From an uncultured Actinomycetes bacterium (GTDB lineage: Bacteria > Actinomycetota > Thermoleophilia > Solirubrobacterales > 70-9), in assembly GCA_963781345.1 (NCBI GenBank), contig CAWAFQ010000015.1:1064-65063 (forward strand): DNA of 64,000 nt, read 5' to 3'. A program made the translations under genes and the position numbers. Below the pieces are notes generated by a model that worked only from the letters and a program-made list of their open reading frames with translations, did not search any database and was not told the origin of the DNA. Positions 30,859 through 38,699 of this stretch are shown piece after piece; positions within the stretch are counted from its first letter, which is position 1, and the number at the start of each line of letters is the position of its first letter.

Positions 30859-30877
30859 AGACCCATAAATCACGCAA
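30838..30877. repeat. Start-codon-spanning inverted repeat of the DUF559 gene (TTGCGTGATTTCAGGGGCC-AT-AGACCCATAAATCACGCAA)
   Basis: The outer 11 bp are perfectly complementary and the inner part is imperfect. The ATG (30858-30856, minus strand) sits at the apex. Confidence 0.75.
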
Positions 30878-30896
30878 GCTTTCGGATTCTCCCCCC

Positions 30897-30971
30897 GCCG
30901 CCGGACCCGCAACCCCGCCGCCGGATTGCAACCCCCCGCCGGATTGCAACCCCCCGCCGGATCAGCACCCC
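30897..30971. repeat. 18-bp tandem repeat GCCGGATTGCAACCCCCC (2 perfect plus 2 degenerate copies)
   Basis: Perfect copies at 30920-30937 and 30938-30955, with degenerate copies on both sides. It lies between the DUF559 start and the tRNA-Leu 3' end. Confidence 0.85.
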
Positions 30972-31000
30972 TGTTGCGCCGTTGTGCGAACGGGGCTAAG

Positions 31001-31086
<86 letters not shown>

Positions 31087-31180
31087 TCGAGGGCGCTGGA
31101 TTCTAGTGGTCGGGGCGTCCGCAGTGGACCCTCCCCGAGCCCGCCGCGGGACCGTCGCCAGCGCAGCCGGGGGACTCCGC

Positions 31181-31224
31181 TTGAAAGTGTCCGCAGGGGG
31201 AGCTACTCTACGAACATGTGTTCG
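31181..31224 (+). promoter_or_regulatory. lexA promoter candidate (TTGAAA-17 nt-TACTCT) with an SOS (Cheo-type) box CGAACATGTGTTCG
   Basis: The palindrome at 31211-31224 matches the Gram-positive LexA consensus CGAACRNRYGTTYC at 13/14 positions and lies just downstream of the -10-like hexamer. Confidence 0.75.
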
Positions 31225-31271
31225 AAGGAATTGAGACCCGCGGCAGCGGCCGAAGAGGAGAAGGACATCTC

Positions 31272-31874
31272 GTGGACCTGACCAAGAGGCAGAAGGAGAT
31301 CTTCGATTTCATCCGCCGCTACGCGGCGAAGACCGGGTATCCGCCCACGGTGCGCGAGATCGGCAAGGCCGTCGGTCTGCACTCGTCCTCGACGGTGCAC
31401 GCGCACCTGGCCAATCTCGAGAAGGCGGGCCTTCTGCGCCGCGACCCGTCGAAGCCGAGGGCGATCGAGGTCTTGCTCGACAAGGCGAAGAAGGCAATCC
31501 GGACCGATGGGCTTCCCCTGGTCGGCCAGGTCGCGGCCGGTGAGCCGATCGTCGCCGAGGAGAACATCGAGGAATATCTCGAGATCCCCGATGTCATTGG
31601 TGGCGAGGACGGCGACTACATCCTTCAGGTGCGCGGCGAGAGCATGAAGGACGCCGGGATCCTCGAGGGCGATTACGTCGTCGTGCGGCCGAGCGATGAC
31701 GCCGATGACGGCGAGATCGTCGTGGCGCTGATCGGCGACGAGGCGACAGTGAAGCGGATCTACCACGAGACCGATCACATCCGCCTGCAGCCGGAGAACG
31801 AGTCGATGGAGCCGATACGCACCACTGACGCCGAGGTTCTCGGCCGCGTGGTCGGAGTCTTCAGAAAGGTCTGA
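31272..31874 (+). CDS. lexA: LexA repressor
   Basis: The GTG at 31272 is preceded by GGAGAAGGA. Contains LTKRQKEIFDFI, the cleavage site VAAGEP, the catalytic Ser (VRGESM) and Lys (ATVKR). Confidence 0.93.
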   Translation: MDLTKRQKEIFDFIRRYAAKTGYPPTVREIGKAVGLHSSSTVHAHLANLEKAGLLRRDPSKPRAIEVLLDKAKKAIRTDGLPLVGQVAAGEPIVAEENIEEYLEIPDVIGGEDGDYILQVRGESMKDAGILEGDYVVVRPSDDADDGEIVVALIGDEATVKRIYHETDHIRLQPENESMEPIRTTDAEVLGRVVGVFRKV

Positions 31875-31875
31875 C

Positions 31876-32100
31876 GTGAGCGCACTGGCCACCGAGACGA
31901 AGCGGCCCCGCCTCACGCAGGAAAGGGCAGTGGGACGTTCGGCAGCGCGGTTGTCCGAGCCGTCGGGTTGGACGCTCGAGGACAAGATCCTCGGCGTCTG
32001 GGAGGACCTGGCGGCCGGCAACCCGGCCGAATGCCCCGTCTGCCACGGCCGCATGCGCCGCGGCAGCGGTTGCGAGAGCTGCGGCTCCGACCTCAGCTGA
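31876..32100 (+). CDS. Small zinc-ribbon protein (74 aa) immediately downstream of lexA
   Basis: GTG start 1 nt after the lexA stop. The C-terminal CPVCHG-x8-CESCG forms a four-Cys ribbon. Confidence 0.5.
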   Translation: MSALATETKRPRLTQERAVGRSAARLSEPSGWTLEDKILGVWEDLAAGNPAECPVCHGRMRRGSGCESCGSDLS

Positions 32101-32169
32101 ACAACCTTCGCCGCAGTGAGGAGCCGTGCGCCGCTTTGCAATCGGCCGCTTGAGGACTACCATTACGCA

Positions 32170-32542
32170 GGCGGGCCGAGCGACCGCGGGGGGAGAGAAA
32201 ACCCCTCGAGGAAAGTCCGGACACCAGAGGGCGAGGGCGGTGGGTAACGCCCACCCGGGGAAACCCGCGGGACAGTGCCACAGAAACACACGGCCGATGG
32301 CGCGGCCACACGTGAGTCGCGCACAGGCAAAGGTGAAAGGGTGCGGTAAGAGCGCACCGGCGTCGCGGTGACGCGGCGGCCAGGCAAACCCCGCCCGGTG
32401 CAAGGCCAAACAGGATCGATGACCCGGCTCGGCGAGGTCCAGGTGGGCTGCAGGGCAGCCGTTTCGACGGCGGCCCCGGCGGGGCGAGAGCCCCGGCGAG
32501 ACAGATGGTCGCTCACGACAGGATCCGGCTTACAGGCCCGCT
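32170..32542 (+). ncRNA. rnpB: RNase P RNA, bacterial type A
   Basis: Contains GAGGAAAGTCCGGAC, ACAGAAACA, GGTGAAAGGGTGCGGTAAGAGCGCACC, GGCAAACCCC and ACAGGATCCGGCTTAC. P1 pairs GCGGGCC/GGCCCGC and P2 pairs GAGCGACC/GGTCGCTC. The ends are accurate to about 5 nt. Confidence 0.9.
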
Positions 32543-32545
32543 AAA

Positions 32546-32573
32546 GGAGAGGCTCCCGGGAGGGGGCCTCTCC
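32546..32573. terminator. Stem-loop GGAGAGGC...GCCTCTCC between rnpB and the convergent SDR gene
   Basis: 8-bp outer stem with additional inner TCCC/GGGA pairing, followed by CATTT. Confidence 0.5.
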
Positions 32574-32577
32574 CATT

Positions 32578-33408
32578 TCAGCGCGGTGGCCAGCGGCCGG
32601 ACTCGATCAGCCTCTTGTAGCGGCGCTGGCGGCGCCGGGCGTCGCGCATGAACCAGGAGATACCACTCAAGCCGAGCGATGGGAAGGCGTCCAGCAGACG
32701 GACCATGCCGCCGCGCCACCGGGGGATCGTCAGCACCGGCCTGGGGCGCTCGATCAGCTCACCGACCGCTGCCGCCACATGCTCGGATGTCTGCAGGACG
32801 CCTGAGAAGGAGCCCGCGGCGGCGGGGTCGTCGAGCTTGTCCTCGAGCATCGGAGTCCAGATTCCGTCAGGGCAGACGGCCGAGAGGTGGATTCCGCGGA
32901 TTCCGGCCCGGCGGAGGTCGAGCTCGGTTCCGAGGGTGAAGGCGATGGCGGCGTGCTTGCTGGCGGCATAGGCGACCTCTCCGGGCGCCGCGATCAGGCC
33001 GGCCAGGGATACGACGTTTATCACGTGGCCGCGGCCGGCGGCGAGCATCGGCTCCAGGGCGGCGACGGTCCCGTTCATCGTTCCCAGGGTGTTGACCTCG
33101 ATCATCAGCCGGCGCGTGGCGGCGTCCTGCTCCCAGGAGTTTCCGGTGATCAGGACCCCGGCGTTGTTGACCCAGATGTCCAGCGAGCCCGCCAGCTGCA
33201 CGGTCGTAGCCGCGACCGAGTGGCAGGCTTCCTCGTCGCGGACGTCGAGCGCCGAGCCGAAGGCGCCGCGGCCGATACCTGCCGCCGCCTCGGTGGCGCT
33301 CTGCTCGTCCACGTCGGTCACGTGGACGGTGAAGCCGCGGCCGGCGAGCGTCGCGGCGATCGCACGGCCGAGGCCGCGTCCGGCTCCTGTTACGACTGCG
33401 GCGGGCAC
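32578..33408 (-). CDS. SDR family oxidoreductase
   Basis: GTG start at 33408 (VPAAVVTGAGRGLGRA). Contains NNAG and YAASK. The N-terminal 57 codons of the track ORF are an extension. Confidence 0.85.
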   Translation of the reverse strand: MPAAVVTGAGRGLGRAIAATLAGRGFTVHVTDVDEQSATEAAAGIGRGAFGSALDVRDEEACHSVAATTVQLAGSLDIWVNNAGVLITGNSWEQDAATRRLMIEVNTLGTMNGTVAALEPMLAAGRGHVINVVSLAGLIAAPGEVAYAASKHAAIAFTLGTELDLRRAGIRGIHLSAVCPDGIWTPMLEDKLDDPAAAGSFSGVLQTSEHVAAAVGELIERPRPVLTIPRWRGGMVRLLDAFPSLGLSGISWFMRDARRRQRRYKRLIESGRWPPR

Positions 33409-33574
33409 ACCGCTAAGGATATGGCCGGTTCGGCTGCCCGGGCTTTGTGACGGGGGGTGGTGTATCTGAAGTGCTCGTTGCAGCCCTGAAGCGGTTGCCG
33501 GTTCTCGCCGAAGTGAGTGCCTGACGGAGCTTTCGGAGGGCCAAGGAGCCGTCCGGTGCTCTGGTAGGATGCCG

Positions 33575-33702
33575 CGCAATCACCGCTGAATCTCCGCAAA
33601 TATCGGAGATCGGGGGACCCGTAGTTTGGGGCGAATCGCCGGCATCCGCCGCGTAGCGCAGCTCTTTCAGCGCGAGCCCGTCAGCTAACCCCGTAAGCGT
33701 TG
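33575..33702 (+). promoter_or_regulatory. c-di-AMP riboswitch (ydaO-yuaA motif)
   Basis: Contains CGCTGAATC, GATCGGGGGACCCG, GGGGCGAATC and CCCGTCAGCTAACCCCGTAAGCGTT, in the same order as the B. subtilis ydaO leader. The RBS GGAGAGAG and ATG 33710 follow directly. Confidence 0.85.
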
Positions 33703-33709
33703 GAGAGAG

Positions 33710-34402
33710 ATGAGCACAGGCGCACGCCCCCGAGGGACCAATGGCAGAACCGATAGCGCGGCGAGAGGCGCGGGAATCCCCCGCAACCGCATCGCCGGGC
33801 TCTCCATCGCCCTCGGACTGCTGGCCGCGCTCGCCCTCACCGCGGTCGCACCTGCCTCTGGCGGTGGCATCTCCACAAGCGGAGGTGCGTCGCCCAACGG
33901 GCCCGGTATCCCATTCGGCACCCGCGTGCTCAAGCTGGGTATGGAGGGCAACGACGTCGCCGTACTCAACGGGATCGTCAAGTCGAAGGGTTACGGAACG
34001 GCGGTCCGCTTCGGCAGCCAGTTCACGAGCCCGACGGCGTCGGCGGTTAGGGAGTTCCAGAGTCGCAAGGAGCTGAAGCCCAGCGGCGTCGTCACCAAGG
34101 CAACGGCGGCGGAGCTCACGTCCTCGATGCGCCACAGCGGCGCCACCTGGTACGGCCCCGGCTTCTACGGGAACCAGACCGCCTGCGGCCAGGTTCTCCG
34201 GGTCAACACGATCGGCGTCGCCAGCAAGACCCTTCCCTGCGGCACCATGGTCACCTTCGCCTACGGTGATGACTACGTGATCGCCCCGGTGATCGATCGC
34301 GGCCCCTACACCAAGGGAAACGACTGGGACCTGACCAACGGGCTGCGAAAGCTGCTGCATTTCGACGGCAGCGACCAGATTCGGTACGCGGTCGCTCGCT
34401 AG
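33710..34402 (+). CDS. Secreted cell-wall protein: PG_binding_1 domain plus RlpA-like double-psi beta-barrel
   Basis: GNDVAVLNGIVKSKGY...AVREFQSRKELKPSGVV is the peptidoglycan-binding repeat. ATWYGPGFYGNQTACG...CGTMV...VIDRGPY is the RlpA/DPBB part. Confidence 0.8.
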   Translation: MSTGARPRGTNGRTDSAARGAGIPRNRIAGLSIALGLLAALALTAVAPASGGGISTSGGASPNGPGIPFGTRVLKLGMEGNDVAVLNGIVKSKGYGTAVRFGSQFTSPTASAVREFQSRKELKPSGVVTKATAAELTSSMRHSGATWYGPGFYGNQTACGQVLRVNTIGVASKTLPCGTMVTFAYGDDYVIAPVIDRGPYTKGNDWDLTNGLRKLLHFDGSDQIRYAVAR

Positions 34403-34529
34403 CCCACCAGGCACACAGGGCCCGTCGCAGAGGCGTCCTCGGGAATCGATCTGGGCCCCGACCGCAACTTTCGCTCCCCTGAGCATTTAGGCTCCTGGCA
34501 GGCAGCACCACTACGGAAGGAGCTTTTCA

Positions 34530-35270
34530 ATGTTGAAGTCCAGGGACAACGCGCCTGCAGGCGCGAATCGGCCGCAGGCCGCGCTGGCGGCGACGGCTGT
34601 CTTGGTGGGCTGCCTGTCACTGCTGATCGCGCTGATCGCCGGCGCCTCCGGGGCCGGAGCCCAGACCGGCAAGACGACCGTCATCCTCGGCGGAGGCAGC
34701 GCCACGCCTGATCCGTCTTGTCCTGACAACCCCTGCCGGGCAATCGGCAGCGTTACCGGCTTTCAGGCCCAGGGCCCGACCGGCAACCTCCCCTTCCGGG
34801 TTGGCCGAAACGGGAGGATCACGGCCTGGACGATCACCCTCGCCCAGCCGACGAACTCTCAGCGCGCGTTCTTCAACGGCTTCTTCGGAACGCCGCCGGA
34901 GGCGCGAATCGCAATCTTGAAGCGGGTTCCCGGAACCTCGCCGCCTCGATACAAGCTGCGCAGGCAGAGCCCAATCCGGGTCCTCAGCCCCTACCTCGGC
35001 CAGACCGTCAAGTTCAAGCTCAGCAACCCTCTGCCCGTGCGCAAGGGGAACATCGTCGGTCTGACTGTGCCGACCTGGGCGCCGGCGTTCGCGATCAACC
35101 TCCCCAGCCAGAACGCCTGGAGGGCGAGCCGGCAGAAGGGCAAGTGCCTGAACACCACCGACCTGCGCCAGGGACGGCCGCAGCAGGTGGTCGACTCGAA
35201 GCGCGTCTACGGCTGCCGCTACACCACGGCACGTCTGCTCTACACGGCGACCCTGGTCGAGGACCGCTAA
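34530..35270 (+). CDS. Hypothetical secreted protein
   Basis: An N-terminal TM/signal region and a GGAAGGAG RBS. No family recognised. Confidence 0.55.
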   Translation: MLKSRDNAPAGANRPQAALAATAVLVGCLSLLIALIAGASGAGAQTGKTTVILGGGSATPDPSCPDNPCRAIGSVTGFQAQGPTGNLPFRVGRNGRITAWTITLAQPTNSQRAFFNGFFGTPPEARIAILKRVPGTSPPRYKLRRQSPIRVLSPYLGQTVKFKLSNPLPVRKGNIVGLTVPTWAPAFAINLPSQNAWRASRQKGKCLNTTDLRQGRPQQVVDSKRVYGCRYTTARLLYTATLVEDR

Positions 35271-35296
35271 GCGGATCGCTGCAGGGAGGCAATAGC

Positions 35297-35326
35297 GGCG
35301 TCGGGGCCCGCTTCGGCCCCGACGCC
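35297..35326. terminator. Bidirectional stem-loop GGCGTCGGGGCC-CGCTTC-GGCCCCGACGCC
   Basis: Perfect 12-bp stem between convergent genes. Confidence 0.6.
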
Positions 35327-35348
35327 CGCGCTACGACTATCGCGGCGC

Positions 35349-35915
35349 CTAGGCCGCTGCGGGGAGCACTCTCGGCGTCGCCTGATCGAGCGGCAGCGCC
35401 GCTGCGATCGCGATCAGGCTCTGGAACTCGTTCAGGGCGAGGTGGCCGATCGCCTCGAGGATCTCCTCGTCGGTCCAGCCGATCTCTCGTGCCTCCTCCT
35501 GGAGATAGAGCGGCGGAGGGCCATCGGCTTCCAGTGCCGCCCTCAGATAGGCGAGCAGCGCGGCCTCCTTCTCGTCTCCCGAGGTGAAGCCGCGGGCGCG
35601 GGAGACCTCGTCAAGCCCCAGTCCTGCCCGGCGCGCCGACTTCGCGTGCTGGGCGATGCTGTAGCTGTCGCCCCGGTGTTCGGCCACCGCGAGCGCGATC
35701 CGCTCACGGGTCGGCTGGGGCAGGACGCCGCTGCGCAGCTCCGATCGCATGCGCGTGTAAGCGCGGAGAACCGCGGGGGCCCCTGCGAGCACGCCGACGA
35801 ACTTGCTCACCGCTCCGCCCGCGGCCTGGATCGACTTCAGGATCGGGGCACTCTCGTCGGGTGCCGTCAACTCGTCGTGGATGTGGAATCTGCTTACGTC
35901 TGTCTTTACGGTCAC
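35349..35915 (-). CDS. Carboxymuconolactone decarboxylase (AhpD-like) family protein
   Basis: 188 aa. The overall pattern RERIALAVAEHRGDSYSIAQHAKSARRAGL resembles the CMD/AhpD-like fold. Confidence 0.55.
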   Translation of the reverse strand: MTVKTDVSRFHIHDELTAPDESAPILKSIQAAGGAVSKFVGVLAGAPAVLRAYTRMRSELRSGVLPQPTRERIALAVAEHRGDSYSIAQHAKSARRAGLGLDEVSRARGFTSGDEKEAALLAYLRAALEADGPPPLYLQEEAREIGWTDEEILEAIGHLALNEFQSLIAIAAALPLDQATPRVLPAAA

Positions 35916-36152
35916 TTTGCACCTGCTTCCGGCTCGGAGGCCGACAATGTGGCTTTACCAAGCCCTTGAAGGGCCTCTGCTTTACTTTGAGCCACTTACT
36001 TACGAGAGGTAAGTTATAGCTCTTTTCGGGCGGGCCCGCAAGCCCTGCCCTGCGCCTTGTCTTTGGGAGAGATACGTCCGCCGGCACCTCGGCGGTTCAC
36101 GGATTTCGCCTATCGTTGCCCGCTCTCGCCCGCCGCAACCCAGGAGAACCCA

Positions 36153-37502
36153 ATGGCAGAGCAGCCGAAGACCGCGAGCGACGTAATCTCGATCTGCGAG
36201 GAGCGCGACGTCCGCTTCGTCCGCCTCTGGTTCACGGACGTGCTCGGCCAGCTCAAGAGCTTCTCGATCAACTCCTCCGAGCTCGAGGACGCCTTCGACG
36301 GCGGCATGGGGTTCGACGGCTCTTCGATCACGGGCTTCAACCCGATCGAGGAGTCCGACATGATCGCGATGCCCGACCCGGCGACGTTTGACCTCTTGCC
36401 CTGGCGTCCAGAGGATGAGAACGCGACGGCGCGGTTGTTCTGCGATGTGCGGGTCCCGGGAGGCGACGCCTACGAGGGCGATCCACGCTGGATCCTGCGC
36501 CGGGCTCTGAAGCGGGCTGAGGACCTCGGCTTCGACGCATACAACGTCGGTCCCGAGCTCGAGTTCTTCTACTTCAAGTCCGCCAAGCCCGAGGGCGCGC
36601 CCGAGGTCCTCGACGAGGGCGGCTACTTCGATCTGACCACACTCGATGCCGGTTCCGACGTCCGCCGCGAGACAGTCCTGGCACTGGAGAAGATGGGGAT
36701 CCACGTCGAGTACACCCACCACGAGGTCGGCCCCTCCCAGCACGAGGTCGACATGCGCTACAAGAACGCGCTGGCGATGGCCGACGACTGCATGACCTAC
36801 CGGATCGTCGTCAAGGAGTACGCGATGAAGTACGGCTGGCACGCGACCTTCATGCCGAAGCCGCTGTTTGGCGAGAACGGGTCGGGGATGCACGTGCACC
36901 AGTCGCTGATGAAGGACGGGCGAAACGCCTTCTATGACCCCGACGACCAGTACTTCCTTTCGGAGACGGCCAAGGCCTTCATCGCCGGCCAGCTCAAGCA
37001 CGCCCGCGAGATCTCGCCCCTGTTCGCGCAGTGGGTCAACTCCTACAAGCGGCTCGTCCCCGGCTACGAGGCGCCCGTCTACCTCGCCTGGTCGCGACGC
37101 AACCGCTCGGCCCTGATCCGGGTGCCGCTCTATCACCCCGGGAAGGAGATGGCGACCCGGGCCGAGCTGCGCTGCCCCGACCCCGCCTGCAATCCCTACC
37201 TCTGCTTCGCAGGCATGCTGCAGGCCGGTCTCGAGGGTGTCGAGAAGGGCTACGAGCTGCCCGAGCCGATGGAGCAGAACCTCTACCACCTCTCCCCGGA
37301 GGAGCGCAACCAGCGCGGCATCGAGCAGCTGCCGGCGACCCTCGGCGAGGCGATCGAGGTCGCCGCCGAGTCCGAGCTCGTCCTCCGCACCCTCGGCGAG
37401 CACACCTACCGCCGCTTCATCGAGATCAAGCGCCAGGAGTGGGACGACTACCGGGTCCAGGTCACCCCGTACGAGATCGAGCACTTCCTGCCGATCCTCT
37501 GA
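36153..37502 (+). CDS. glnA: Glutamine synthetase, type I
   Basis: ATG at 36153 (MAEQPKTASDV..). Contains FDGSSI, KPLFGENGSGMHVHQS, NSYKRLVPGYEAP and NLYHL. Confidence 0.95.
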   Translation: MAEQPKTASDVISICEERDVRFVRLWFTDVLGQLKSFSINSSELEDAFDGGMGFDGSSITGFNPIEESDMIAMPDPATFDLLPWRPEDENATARLFCDVRVPGGDAYEGDPRWILRRALKRAEDLGFDAYNVGPELEFFYFKSAKPEGAPEVLDEGGYFDLTTLDAGSDVRRETVLALEKMGIHVEYTHHEVGPSQHEVDMRYKNALAMADDCMTYRIVVKEYAMKYGWHATFMPKPLFGENGSGMHVHQSLMKDGRNAFYDPDDQYFLSETAKAFIAGQLKHAREISPLFAQWVNSYKRLVPGYEAPVYLAWSRRNRSALIRVPLYHPGKEMATRAELRCPDPACNPYLCFAGMLQAGLEGVEKGYELPEPMEQNLYHLSPEERNQRGIEQLPATLGEAIEVAAESELVLRTLGEHTYRRFIEIKRQEWDDYRVQVTPYEIEHFLPIL

Positions 37503-37516
37503 AGGCGGGCCGGGCA

Positions 37517-38203
37517 TTGCCGTCTCTCCAGGTCCTGCGGGTGTTCGTCGACGAGGAGGGCGGGTGGGGGAACCCTCTCGGGGTCTTCCTCGACGGCGCC
37601 GCGGTCCCGGCGGGTGAGCGCCAGCGGGTGGCCGCTGACCTCGGCTTCAGCGAGACGGTTTTCGTCGACGATCGCAGGCGGGGCGAGCTGCGGATCTTCA
37701 CCCCGGCCGCGGAGCTTCGCTTCGCCGGTCACCCGTTGGTTGGAACCGCCCGGCTGCTGGCAAGGTCCGGGGCGACGCCGGCGGTGCTGCGGCCCCCCGC
37801 CGGCGAGGTCACGGTCCGCATCGACGGGGAGATGACCTGGATCGCGGCAGCGGCTGAGTGGTCACCGCACTTCCAGCCCGTGCAGCTCGACTCGGCGGCG
37901 GAAGTCGAGGGCCTCCAGGGGCCGCCCGACGACGGTGCGGAGGTCTATGCGTGGGCATGGATCGATGAATCCCTCGGAGCGGTCCGGGCCCGTTCCTTCG
38001 CCCCGGGGCTTGGCATTCCCGAGGACGAGGCGACGGGTTCGGCCGTGCTGGCGCTCTGCGCCCGGCTCGGCCGCCCGATCAGCGTCCTCCAGGGCGGCGG
38101 ATCGTGGCTCCAGGCCCGCCCCCTCGAGGGGGGCTGGGCCGAGGTCGGCGGACGGGTGGCGCTCGACGAGGAGCGCGCCTACGGCTTGCCTAGCGATTTC
38201 TGA
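37517..38203 (+). CDS. PhzF family isomerase-like protein
   Basis: Contains VFVDEEGGWGNPLGVF, SETVFV, FAGHPLVG and EDEATGSA. TTG start at 37517 (GTG 37541 is an alternative). Confidence 0.65.
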   Translation: MPSLQVLRVFVDEEGGWGNPLGVFLDGAAVPAGERQRVAADLGFSETVFVDDRRRGELRIFTPAAELRFAGHPLVGTARLLARSGATPAVLRPPAGEVTVRIDGEMTWIAAAAEWSPHFQPVQLDSAAEVEGLQGPPDDGAEVYAWAWIDESLGAVRARSFAPGLGIPEDEATGSAVLALCARLGRPISVLQGGGSWLQARPLEGGWAEVGGRVALDEERAYGLPSDF

Positions 38204-38699
38204 TTGCGGAAACCAGCCTCGTCTTCAGGTTCATCGCCCCCAGGAGGAAGCGCTCTTGGGCCGAGCCGGTCGGGGGCATCACGCCGAGCTTCTGGGCGAT
38301 ATCGGCTCCGTTGATGTAGGCCCGGTTCTCAGTCACCAGACCCTCGTCGTTGAAGGTGAGCACGTCACACCCCTCGGTCTCGATTGTCGAGCCGTTGGGA
38401 GCGATCCCCTGGAACTTCTCGGTTCCGTTGAAGGTTCCGGTGGCGCGCCAGCGCACCGCGGCCTGGCTATCCGAGGCGACGACCTCGACCACCTCGAACT
38501 CGAAATCGGGAAAGGCGGCGAAGAGGTTGCCGAAGTAGTCGCGGTATCCCTGCGGGGGGTGGAGCTCGGCGGTCCCGTAGATGTAGGCGACACCGCCCGG
38601 GGCCCAGTGGGAGATCATCTCCTCGACGTCGCGTCTTGTGGCGCCGGCGAAATACTCCCTGGCGAGATCCTCCGCGGTCTTCTTCTCAGTCGTGCGCAT
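38190..38699 (-). CDS. SnoaL-like / ester cyclase (NTF2 fold) protein
   Basis: 169 aa. [17 protein letters not shown]...FPDFEFEV...RWRATGT is typical of the family. Confidence 0.6.
   Translation of the reverse strand: MRTTEKKTAEDLAREYFAGATRRDVEEMISHWAPGGVAYIYGTAELHPPQGYRDYFGNLFAAFPDFEFEVVEVVASDSQAAVRWRATGTFNGTEKFQGIAPNGSTIETEGCDVLTFNDEGLVTENRAYINGADIAQKLGVMPPTGSAQERFLLGAMNLKTRLVSAIRNR

Noticed and set aside
29821-30971. Possible CRISPR array (two repeat clusters)
   Set aside because: The units are directly tandem with no unique spacers of regular length. The repeats are degenerate, there are no cas genes, and one array overlaps a CDS end.
33409-33579. 57-codon N-terminal extension of the SDR ORF 32578..33579
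   Set aside because: The Rossmann motif TGAGRGLG follows GTG 33408 immediately. The extension has no SDR similarity and runs into the riboswitch region.
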